A stretch of DNA of 51,586 nucleotides from Verrucomicrobiales bacterium (GTDB taxonomy: Bacteria; Verrucomicrobiota; Verrucomicrobiia; Limisphaerales; JAQGOY01): the NCBI GenBank assembly GCA_028293375.1, contig JAQGOY010000228.1, forward strand, positions 1-51,586, written 5' to 3'. Under the pieces are notes generated by a model, which was not told the origin of the DNA, made no database searches, and saw nothing but the letters and a program-made list of their open reading frames with translations. A program made the position numbers and the translations under genes. This document shows, piece after piece, positions 36,285 to 45,047 of this stretch. The stretch's first letter is position 1; the number at the start of each line of letters is the position of its first letter.

Positions 36285-37670
36285 TCAGTCTCGCGAGAAT
36301 TTGAGGGAAACCAATTTCTTTTCGCTTCGGATATAAAGGCATTTTTCCGAGAGCGCTGGCGTTGACCAGCAGGGATGTTCCAACTGGGTAATTTGGGCGT
36401 GGCAGATTTCTTCCATTTTCCTGCTGTTTAATTTGAAAAGCCCAAGTTTCCCTCCCTCTCCAAGGGCAATCAACTTTCCGTCTGCCATTATCAACGATCC
36501 ACGCCCATAGACTGCCGGCTGTGGTGTGCTGTGCGGAGCCCAGGTTTCGTCATTGTCCCACATCAATTCACCGCTTTTGTAGTGCACACATCTCAGGCGG
36601 GCGTCCGGTTCGTTTCTTCCGCTAAATCCATACAAATATCCGTCGTAATAAATCGGTGTGCTCCAGTGCATTTCCAGGGATGTGGAACGCCACCCTTCAT
36701 GAATTTCTTTGTTGTCGGGATGTATTTTCAGAAGCACCGATCCCACGTGATAATAAGCGCCGGAAATAAAAACGTCGTTATCGACTACTATCGGGCTCAT
36801 CGCATTGACCGATTCGTCTACCCTCGCTCTGAACCAAAAACTGAAATCGCAGACTCCGGTCTTTGGCTCCAGCGCCACCAATCCCTGCCTCATGAAGCAG
36901 AACACCAACTTTTTGCCATTCACTGTTGCTATCGCGGGAGTCGAATAACTCGCTTGCTTCTCATACTTTCTCCACTCCACTTTTTTTTCGCCCGGCCATG
37001 CCGTCATTGGAATTCCGGTCCAGTTTATCTCCCCAACATTTTCCCACACCGTCTTTCCAGTTTCGGGATTAAGCGCAACAACTCCGCTGTTCGGTTGCCC
37101 TCCAATCGCGACTATCAGCAAGTTGTCTTCCAGCACCGGTGAACTTCCTACCCCGAAAAATGCCTCGGGAATTTCAAATTCTTTCGCCGTATCTCTCTGC
37201 CACAACACGGTGCCGTCTTTTAGATCAAGGCATCGAATTTTTCCTTCCGCCCCGAAAGTGAAGCATTTGTTCCCTGCCAACAACGGCTGACTTCGGGGAC
37301 CGTTATTGTAACCGTATGGATCTTGAAATTTTGAAGGATAGGCACTTTTCCAGATCTCCGCCCCGGTTTTCTTGTTCAGGCAATGAACCACTTCCTCCCC
37401 TCCGACCCTGTCAAAATAGATCAACTTTTCTCCAAGCACAGAAGGCGAACAATAACCTGTGCCGATGTCTTTTTCCCAAAGAACTTTAGGGCCTGAAGCG
37501 TCCCACTTCTCAAGAAGGTTTGTCTCAGTTGACGTTCCATTTCGTGCAGGCCCCAGGAACTGAGGCCAATCTGCCGCTCCCGCTGTGCAGGCCACCGCAA
37601 AGCCCGCGATCAGGGCCGCCAGTGCTGGTCGAGCGCCGCCCAGTCTACCTCTATTTGGAAATGACTTCAT
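36285..37670 (-). CDS. Secreted PQQ-like (BamB-like) beta-propeller protein
   Basis: Signal peptide ...AGAA/DWPQFLGPARNG, GPRSQP, SSPV, W.TP...LYIR. Confidence 0.88.
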   Translation of the reverse strand: MKSFPNRGRLGGARPALAALIAGFAVACTAGAADWPQFLGPARNGTSTETNLLEKWDASGPKVLWEKDIGTGYCSPSVLGEKLIYFDRVGGEEVVHCLNKKTGAEIWKSAYPSKFQDPYGYNNGPRSQPLLAGNKCFTFGAEGKIRCLDLKDGTVLWQRDTAKEFEIPEAFFGVGSSPVLEDNLLIVAIGGQPNSGVVALNPETGKTVWENVGEINWTGIPMTAWPGEKKVEWRKYEKQASYSTPAIATVNGKKLVFCFMRQGLVALEPKTGVCDFSFWFRARVDESVNAMSPIVVDNDVFISGAYYHVGSVLLKIHPDNKEIHEGWRSTSLEMHWSTPIYYDGYLYGFSGRNEPDARLRCVHYKSGELMWDNDETWAPHSTPQPAVYGRGSLIMADGKLIALGEGGKLGLFKLNSRKMEEICHAQITQLEHPCWSTPALSEKCLYIRSEKKLVSLKFSRD

Positions 37671-39072
37671 TCTTAAAACAATACAGTGTTTTCTCGCCGC
37701 GCAGGTAGATGCTTCTGCCCGCAATTGCCGGCGTGGCCATGGTTTGTTCATGGAAATCATGGCTGCCCAGGATGGATAATTCGGGCGTGTTCCTGACGAT
37801 GGTCATTTTTCCCTGCTGCGATAAAAAGTAAAGGTTGTCTCCGGCCGCAACCGGCGAAGCATAGTAGTCTCCAGGCGCGCCCAATCGTTCCGCCTCCACC
37901 AGCGCTTTCCCTGTCAGCAGGTCGTAACAGGAAAGCATTCCCCCATTTTTCACCGACCAGATTCGGCCCTGGTAGAGCAGGGGCGAGCTGACATAGGACA
38001 GATGCTTTGTTTGCTTCCAAATCATGTGAGTGGCAGTAATGTCTCCCGTTCCACCGGCTCGGATGGAGAAAATGCTGTTCTCCGCCTTCTGAAACATTTC
38101 CGCCATTTTCGTCCATTCCTCACCAGTGACTGATCCGTCCTTGTTAAAATCCATCTGCGTAAATCGGTCTTTGATCACGCCAGAAGGCAACTCATCAAAC
38201 TGGAGTTTGCCATCGCCGTTCTTGTCGTTTGTCTTTAGGAACTCCCCAAATTCAGGCATACTGACCCGGCTGTCCGAATCTCCACCTACATTCCAGGAAC
38301 AATAAACCAGTAAATTGCTCGTGCAACTCGGCGTGCTCGTTGCCACTCGTGAAGTCCCCGCCACCCGCCATCGTTCTTTTCCGGTTTCGGGGTCGTAACC
38401 CGTTAACCAGATCGATCCCGGAACCACCAGGTCCGTCCGGTTCGATTGAGCCCATATGATGGGACTGGCGAAACCGCGCCGAAATTCCGGCCTGTTCACT
38501 CTCCACTTCTGGTTCCCTGTCTTTTTATCCAATGCTAATAAGTAGGAGTCCTGATCCTGATCCACAATCAGGAAAAGCGTATCATTCCATAATAAGGGAG
38601 ATGTGCCCGTGCCAAACTCCACCATCGGCGTCGGCAGTCGATGTTCCCATTTCGCTTTGCCTTCCATGTCGTAGGCAACAACTCCAAAGGACCCGAAATA
38701 GGAATAAACCATGGCGCCATCGGTTGCAGGTGTGGGGGTCGCTGGATTCCCAAGTCGATGTGTTTTTTCCAATGCCGTCGCTGTCACCTTTTGCGACCAC
38801 TTCATTTCGCCTGTTTTCGTGTCGTAACAAAGGGTGATCAGATCATTGGAAACCATGCCTGTAATAAACAACTGGTCTTCCCAGATGATCGGGGATGAAT
38901 TCCCCGCAGGGATTGTGATTTTCCATGAGGGAGGAACCTCAAAGCGGACGGGTGCGTCATGGCCGCTAACCGCCTGCAATGTTCCGCCCCGAAATTGCGT
39001 CCAATTTTCCGCCATCGCAGCCCCCTGCATGGCGAATGCAATCAGCAAACCAACAATTCTTCTTAAGGGCAT
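37651..39072 (-). CDS. Secreted PQQ-like beta-propeller with EF-hand pair insert
   Basis: NWTQFRG, SSPIIW, YASPV, ATPAI; DKNGDGKLQFDE and DFNKDGSVTGEE loops. Confidence 0.88.
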   Translation of the reverse strand: MPLRRIVGLLIAFAMQGAAMAENWTQFRGGTLQAVSGHDAPVRFEVPPSWKITIPAGNSSPIIWEDQLFITGMVSNDLITLCYDTKTGEMKWSQKVTATALEKTHRLGNPATPTPATDGAMVYSYFGSFGVVAYDMEGKAKWEHRLPTPMVEFGTGTSPLLWNDTLFLIVDQDQDSYLLALDKKTGNQKWRVNRPEFRRGFASPIIWAQSNRTDLVVPGSIWLTGYDPETGKERWRVAGTSRVATSTPSCTSNLLVYCSWNVGGDSDSRVSMPEFGEFLKTNDKNGDGKLQFDELPSGVIKDRFTQMDFNKDGSVTGEEWTKMAEMFQKAENSIFSIRAGGTGDITATHMIWKQTKHLSYVSSPLLYQGRIWSVKNGGMLSCYDLLTGKALVEAERLGAPGDYYASPVAAGDNLYFLSQQGKMTIVRNTPELSILGSHDFHEQTMATPAIAGRSIYLRGEKTLYCFKNEVISK

Positions 39073-39105
39073 GCTTGTCCGGTCGGTGTTCAGTTTTTCA
39101 CCTGG

Positions 39106-40167
39106 CTATTTTCCCGGCATGACCCCGTGGGTGGTGGTTGATATCCTTAGCAGATCATGGTTGGAGGTAATATACAGAACAGAACCGTCTTCACCCCACG
39201 CGCAATTCGCAGTGGGTTGGCCGGTATACAAGGTTCCTAAATGTTCTCCCTGGGGTGAAACAACGAGCAAACCGCCCGGTCCCGTCACGAAAAGGTTTCC
39301 ATGCACATCCACTTTCAATCCATCCGGTCCCCCGGGCCCATCTTTCACCAGGGGTTTGGCATCAAAGAAAACTCTACCGTTTTGGATCGTTCCATCCGGC
39401 TGCACGTCGTATATCATCACCACCGGCTTGTTTCCGTCGGATACCGCAACATAGAGCTTTTTCTCATCAGGTGAAAAAGCGATTCCATTGGGGAACGTCA
39501 CCTCTTTCGTCAGTAGCTCCAATTCCCCGGTTTTTTTGATTCGATAAACCCCATTAAAGTTCAATTCACGATTTTTGCTGGTCATGCCCCCTTCCAGGCC
39601 ATACGAGGGATCGGTGAAATAAATGTCTCCATTCGATTTGTAAACCAAATCATTGGGGCTGTTAAGCTGTTTCCCCTGGAAAAGATGAGCGAGTGTTGTC
39701 TTCGTTCCGTTTTTTTCGAGCCTGGCAATTCTCCGGTCCCCATGCTCGCATGACGTTAACCTTCCCTCCTTGTCCAATGTAAGACCGTTGGAACCTGGTT
39801 CCCCGCCGCGCGGCGTCGAACCGGTGTATCCGCTGGGTTGAAGATATTTGGAAATACCTTCTCCCTCTTTCCATTTATATATCGTGTTGCCGATGACATC
39901 CGAAAAAACAACGCAATGGTCCTTTGGCAACCAGACAGGTCCTTCAGACCATTGGAATCCTGACGCCAATTTTTCGATCGAAGTTCCCGGTGCTATGAGT
40001 GAATCCAACTTTGGGCTTTTGCGGCGGACTTCGCCGTATGCGGGATATTGCACCCTTTTCGCCGCAGGCGGGGTCACCGACGATTGTTTCGAAGTCGACT
40101 CGCAGCCAGTGACAATCGAAAGCGAAAGGATGGATGCCAATAAAATGGTTTGGTTGGAAGCATTCAT
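39106..40167 (-). CDS. SMP-30/gluconolactonase-family lipoprotein
   Basis: Lipobox IVTGC; WSEGPVW, SNGL, NSPND, FTDP, PNGI, PDGLKVD. Confidence 0.9.
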   Translation of the reverse strand: MNASNQTILLASILSLSIVTGCESTSKQSSVTPPAAKRVQYPAYGEVRRKSPKLDSLIAPGTSIEKLASGFQWSEGPVWLPKDHCVVFSDVIGNTIYKWKEGEGISKYLQPSGYTGSTPRGGEPGSNGLTLDKEGRLTSCEHGDRRIARLEKNGTKTTLAHLFQGKQLNSPNDLVYKSNGDIYFTDPSYGLEGGMTSKNRELNFNGVYRIKKTGELELLTKEVTFPNGIAFSPDEKKLYVAVSDGNKPVVMIYDVQPDGTIQNGRVFFDAKPLVKDGPGGPDGLKVDVHGNLFVTGPGGLLVVSPQGEHLGTLYTGQPTANCAWGEDGSVLYITSNHDLLRISTTTHGVMPGK

Positions 40168-40371
40168 GGTTTTAACTATCATTCTCCTACTGTTGGGCTG
40201 TGCAAGCGAAAACCACAAATATATAAAGGTTCCGCTGCCACTTGGTTTTTCTTTTGGCGCATTTCTTAAATTCTCTGGTTTTTCTCATTAGCTTTTTATA
40301 ATTTCATCTGAACGCCCGGATGTGTTTATTAGTCGATACTCCAAAACTGATTCCTAACTCTGGAAATTTAC

Positions 40372-41373
40372 ATGACCATCGAAGAACAAATCTCTCTTTT
40401 CCGATCCAGCTATTCACGGCTTCGCACCGAAATTGGCAAAGTGATCGTCGGCCATGAAAAAATAGTGGAGGGGACGTTATTTGCCATCCTCAGTGGGGGA
40501 CATGTTTTGCTGGAGGGAGTGCCCGGCCTCGGTAAAACGTTGCTCGTTCGTACTCTGAGCGAAGTCCTGGATCTTTCTTTTAATCGCATTCAATTCACCC
40601 CTGATCTGATGCCGGCTGACATCATCGGCACAAACCTGGTCATGGAAACTCCGGATGGCAAAAGAATCTTCCAGTATCAAAAAGGACCCATTTTCGCCCA
40701 CCTCGTCCTCGCCGATGAAATCAATCGCGCCACTCCAAAAACCCAATCTGCCATGCTGGAAGCCATGCAGGAAAAGAGCGTTACCGCAGGTGGTGAAATT
40801 CGCCGTCTTGATCCTCCCTTCTTCGTCCTGGCAACCCAGAATCCTATTGACCAGGAAGGTACCTATCCACTTCCCGAAGCACAGTTGGACCGTTTTTTCT
40901 TCAAACTCGTGGTCGGTTATCCCAGCGCTGCGGAACTGAATGAGGTTCTCTCCCGAACTACCGGTGGAACCACCGCCCAGGTCGAAAAAGTTTTATCGAA
41001 GGAAGAATTGATGGGCCTGCAAAAGCTCGTGAAGGATGTTCCAGTGGCCAACCATGTCCGGGACTTCGCCGTCCGCATTGTTTTGGCTACCCACCCGAAA
41101 ACCGAAACCGCATTGCCCGTTACCAATCAGTTCCTGCGGTTCGGCAGCAGTCCTCGCGGCGGTCAAACTCTCCTGCTCGCGGGCAAAGTCCGCGCACTGG
41201 CTGAAGGCCGATTTAATGTCTCCTTTGATGATATCATTGCCGTCGCTCCCCATGCTCTCAGGCATCGCTTGATTCTTAATTTCGAAGCCGAAGCAGAAGG
41301 AATTACGACAGATCACGTGATCGACCAGATCCTCGCGACGGTTCCAAAGGACAATGCGCTGCTCTCCAGGTAG
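40372..41373 (+). CDS. moxR: MoxR-family AAA+ ATPase
   Basis: EGVPGLGKT, RIQFTPDLMPAD, LADEINRA, ATQNP, YPLPEAQLDRF, GSSPR. Confidence 0.95.
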   Translation: MTIEEQISLFRSSYSRLRTEIGKVIVGHEKIVEGTLFAILSGGHVLLEGVPGLGKTLLVRTLSEVLDLSFNRIQFTPDLMPADIIGTNLVMETPDGKRIFQYQKGPIFAHLVLADEINRATPKTQSAMLEAMQEKSVTAGGEIRRLDPPFFVLATQNPIDQEGTYPLPEAQLDRFFFKLVVGYPSAAELNEVLSRTTGGTTAQVEKVLSKEELMGLQKLVKDVPVANHVRDFAVRIVLATHPKTETALPVTNQFLRFGSSPRGGQTLLLAGKVRALAEGRFNVSFDDIIAVAPHALRHRLILNFEAEAEGITTDHVIDQILATVPKDNALLSR

Positions 41374-41378
41374 TCGTC

Positions 41379-42275
41379 ATGAGTCAGCCCATCCTCAGCC
41401 TCGAACTGATGCGAAAGCTGGAGCAGTTTCAACTCACTGCTTCCCGCAAGGCATTCAGCTCGTTTAAAGGAGAACGGAGAAGTCAGGCTCGCGGAATATC
41501 CGTGGAGTTCGCCGATTTTCGAAACTACGTCGCTGGCGATGACTTCCGTTATCTGGATTGGAATTTATTCGGTCGTCTCGACCGTTTGTATCTCAAACTT
41601 TACGAGGAAGAGCGGGAATTGCCGGTTCGCATCTTCCTGGATTGCAGCAAGTCCATGGACTTTGGTTCACCCGCGAAGTTTGATTTCGCCAGGCAGCTGG
41701 GGGCCGCGATCGGTTACACCACCTTGGTCGGCTTTGACCGGGTGAGTTTTATTCCCCTTCCTTCCGAAGCGGGTGCCAGCTCGGTCGTGAGTTTCCTGCG
41801 GGCGTTGCGGGGACGCAAGCAGGTGCTTCCCTTCCTCAAATCGCTTGAACTTTTGAAGGCTTCCGGGTCACTCGCCTTCGATGCCGCATTGCGAAAAGCC
41901 GCACTGGAAACCCGCCAGGTCGGATTAGCCGTGGTCATTAGTGATTTCCTGGATCCCCAGGGCTACGCCGTCGGTTTGAATGCGCTCGTAGCCCGTGGTT
42001 TCAAGATTTTGGTCATCCAGGTGCTGTCGCCGGAAGAGTTGGACCCCAGCACTTTCGGAGACCTGCGGTTGATTGATTCCGAGACCGGTTCCATGCAGGA
42101 AGTGACCTTCGGGAAATACCGCCTGGACGCTTACAAAAAAACAGTGGCTAATTATTGCCAGGTACTAAGGGAGTTTTGTGGACAGCGGGGCATTGCTCAT
42201 TTCCTCTTTCCCAGCAACGCCAGCCTGGAGCAGGTTTTGCTCAAGGATTTTCGAAAGGCAAAAATTTGGGGATGA
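41379..42275 (+). CDS. DUF58 domain protein
   Basis: EFADFRNYVAGDDFRYLDWN, DCSKSM, ISDF; follows moxR. Confidence 0.92.
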   Translation: MSQPILSLELMRKLEQFQLTASRKAFSSFKGERRSQARGISVEFADFRNYVAGDDFRYLDWNLFGRLDRLYLKLYEEERELPVRIFLDCSKSMDFGSPAKFDFARQLGAAIGYTTLVGFDRVSFIPLPSEAGASSVVSFLRALRGRKQVLPFLKSLELLKASGSLAFDAALRKAALETRQVGLAVVISDFLDPQGYAVGLNALVARGFKILVIQVLSPEELDPSTFGDLRLIDSETGSMQEVTFGKYRLDAYKKTVANYCQVLREFCGQRGIAHFLFPSNASLEQVLLKDFRKAKIWG

Positions 42276-42294
42276 AACACCGGAGCCACAGGAA

Positions 42295-44130
42295 GTGAAG
42301 TTTTTATTGCCAGCGGCATTTTCGTTTGCAGCGACAATCCCCATTGTCGTGGTCTTTTACTTGCTCAAGCGTAAACGAACCGAAAAAATCGTTTCCAGCA
42401 CTTTGCTCTGGCAAAAATACCTCGCAGAAACTCAGGCCAGTTCTCCATTTCAAAAACTTAAAAATAATTGGCTTCTTTGGTTGCAACTTCTTTTCCTCCT
42501 TCTCCTGCTCTTTGCCACCGCTCGGCCCTATTTTTCAGGACACACTCAAAAATCGCAACTTCGCGTCATCATCCTCGACGCTTCTGCCTCCATGAAGAGC
42601 AGGGATGTCCTGCCGAACCGCTTTGAAAAGTCCAGGGCCGATGTCCTGACGTTGATCAACGGCATGTTGGACGATGACGAATCCATTTTGCTTCTGGTTT
42701 CATCCCGCCCGCAGGTTAAGGTTTCAGCTACTTCCAATAAAAGCGCGCTTCGCAAAGGCCTCGCCGATTCGGAGGCCACCGATGCCAGGACAGGGCTCAG
42801 TGAGGCGTTGAAACTTGCTGAGACATTGACCCGCGATCGTATCGGTTCTGAAATCCATCTTTTTTCGGATGGTGCAGTTAAAACCCTGGGTGAATTCGAA
42901 AATAAAGCGCTGAACGTTATTTACCACCAGGTCGGGGTGGGGAATAGGAATCTTGGAATCATCGGCCTCGATATTCGGGAGAATCCTGAAAACCGCGCCC
43001 AAAGGGCGGTTTATGTCAACGTGGCGAATTTTTCCACCAACTCCGAAACGGTCGTGCTCAAGCTTTCGCTCGATGGCAGGGAGATCAACCAGCAACCACT
43101 TTCCATAGCTGCCGGACAGACCGTGCCCAGTGTTTTTATCTCTTCTCAGGAAAAAGATGGGGTTTTTACCGTGTCGATTGATGCCGCGGACGATCTCGCC
43201 ACAGACAACAAGGCATCCATACCCAGCCTGATTTCGCGTCCCGTTAAGACTCTGCTCGTTACCAGGGGTAATCGCTTTTTGGAAAAGGCTTTGCGCGCCG
43301 CTCCGAATGTCGAATTGCAAGTGTCGGAGGATTTTGCCGGCAACCTCGTTCCATCACCGGATCTGGTCGTACTGGATAACGTGGTTCCAAAGGTATGGCC
43401 TGGGATCAACACTCTGGCTTTTCACGTCGATAATACAAATTGGTTTAATGTAATGGGGGTGACTCCGAACCCCGCGCTTGTCGATTGGAAAATGGCTCAT
43501 CCCGTCCTGCGCTACGCCAGCATGGATAATGTTCAAGTCGCCGAGACCATGACCATCAAGACCCCCGCCTGGGCCGAGGTCCTTGCCGAGTCGCAGCAGA
43601 CCCCCCTCATTCTTGCCGGTGAGGTGGACCGTCACAAAGCCATCTGGGTCGGCTTTGATAACCTGCAAAGCACCTGGCCACTTCGCATTTCTTTTCCCAT
43701 CTTCATTGCTAATTCTGTGAAATGGCTTTCTCCAAACAGCCTCGGCGCTGACTTGATGGTGAATGCCGGCGACCCATTCAGGCGCACTTTTTCGGAGCCC
43801 GTTGCCTCTTATGAACTTCGATTTCCAGATGGACACACCGCGAAATTTCAAAACGAAACCAATAGTTTCGAAGTGGTTGTTGGCGCCACTGACACCAGCG
43901 GCATTTATCGGTTGACCACCGGTACCAATCAACTTGATTTCACTGTCAATTTGTTAAACCCCGAGGAAAGCAACATCACCCCTGCTTCTGCACTGACTTT
44001 CGGCAAATTTACTAAAGTGGAAGCGACCCAAGCGACTCTCGGAAACAAGGAAATTTGGAAATATTTCACTCTTGCCGCGTTGTTCTTTCTTCTCTTCGAG
44101 TGGTGGTTTTATCACAGGAGGACCGCTTGA
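42295..44130 (+). CDS. BatA N-terminal + vWA domain membrane protein
   Basis: GTG start; IPIVVVFYLLKRKR, LQLL...ARP, ILDASASM MIDAS, FSDG, C-terminal TM ...EWW. Confidence 0.87.
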   Translation: MKFLLPAAFSFAATIPIVVVFYLLKRKRTEKIVSSTLLWQKYLAETQASSPFQKLKNNWLLWLQLLFLLLLLFATARPYFSGHTQKSQLRVIILDASASMKSRDVLPNRFEKSRADVLTLINGMLDDDESILLLVSSRPQVKVSATSNKSALRKGLADSEATDARTGLSEALKLAETLTRDRIGSEIHLFSDGAVKTLGEFENKALNVIYHQVGVGNRNLGIIGLDIRENPENRAQRAVYVNVANFSTNSETVVLKLSLDGREINQQPLSIAAGQTVPSVFISSQEKDGVFTVSIDAADDLATDNKASIPSLISRPVKTLLVTRGNRFLEKALRAAPNVELQVSEDFAGNLVPSPDLVVLDNVVPKVWPGINTLAFHVDNTNWFNVMGVTPNPALVDWKMAHPVLRYASMDNVQVAETMTIKTPAWAEVLAESQQTPLILAGEVDRHKAIWVGFDNLQSTWPLRISFPIFIANSVKWLSPNSLGADLMVNAGDPFRRTFSEPVASYELRFPDGHTAKFQNETNSFEVVVGATDTSGIYRLTTGTNQLDFTVNLLNPEESNITPASALTFGKFTKVEATQATLGNKEIWKYFTLAALFFLLFEWWFYHRRTA

Positions 44131-45047
44131 CCGGTAATTTTAGATGGTTCATCTTTTTGCTCGCCGCCAGTTTGTTTTCGGGCTGTGGCAGGGGGTCCAA
44201 TGAGGTGATTCTTTACACTTCGCAGGACCAGGTTTTTGTCGAGCCGTTGTTGAAGAAATTTCAAGCCGATTCCGGCATCATTGTCAGGTCTGTCTTTGAC
44301 AACGAATCGGTGAAGACCGTTTCACTGGTCAATCGTCTCCACGCGGAAAAGGGTAATCCACAATGCGATTTGTTCTGGAATAACGAATCCTTCCGAAGCT
44401 TCCAACTTGCCCAGGAGGGCCTCGTCGATCCCCGTTACCCCGTTAAAACCTTTGGGTTCAGGACCAGGCGCATTGTTGTCCACGATCCCCCTCCCGCAGG
44501 TTTTGAAATTCCTTCCAGCTTCAGGGATCTGACCAACAAAAGTTATTTTGGAAAAATTGGGTTTGCTTATCCCATTTACGGAACCACCGGAACTCACTTT
44601 CTCGCCCTGCGACAGCAATGGGGAACCAACGCATGGCTGCAGTGGTGTCAGGCTCTCCAGGCCAACAAACCCTTCATTGTGGACGGTAATTCTGCCGTCG
44701 TGCGCCTTGTTGCCTCAGGAGAAATCTGGCTGGGTATGACTGATTCCGACGATATCGCTTCCGCCCGTGAGGAGCATGTTCCTGTGAAAGGGCTTCCGCT
44801 GAGCGTCGATTCTTTGCGCATTCCCAATTCCATTGCTCACATTGCAGGAGCGCGTCATGTCGAGAACGCAGAAAAGCTGGCTTTATTTCTTCAACTTCCC
44901 GAAACCATCGCTGCTCTTCAGGAAGCACACGCTTTGGAAAAGGAAGGGCAGGGGACCACCGGTTTGTCATCGCCGCCCGATTTCCAACTCATGTTGGCCG
45001 ATTTAAAAACTGCGACAGAGCAGATGCTCCAATTATTTAAAAAGTGA
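44127..45047 (+). CDS. ABC substrate-binding lipoprotein, Fe3+ (FbpA/AfuA)-like
   Basis: TTGA overlap start; lipobox LFSGC; YTSQD, AEKGNPQCD, GTTGTH, TDSDD. Confidence 0.85.
   Translation: MTGNFRWFIFLLAASLFSGCGRGSNEVILYTSQDQVFVEPLLKKFQADSGIIVRSVFDNESVKTVSLVNRLHAEKGNPQCDLFWNNESFRSFQLAQEGLVDPRYPVKTFGFRTRRIVVHDPPPAGFEIPSSFRDLTNKSYFGKIGFAYPIYGTTGTHFLALRQQWGTNAWLQWCQALQANKPFIVDGNSAVVRLVASGEIWLGMTDSDDIASAREEHVPVKGLPLSVDSLRIPNSIAHIAGARHVENAEKLALFLQLPETIAALQEAHALEKEGQGTTGLSSPPDFQLMLADLKTATEQMLQLFKK

Noticed and set aside
36285-39072. PQQ-dependent dehydrogenase or true BamB assignment
   Set aside because: Only propeller repeats are evident; such paralogs are abundant in PVC genomes and no catalytic or lipobox evidence supports a specific call
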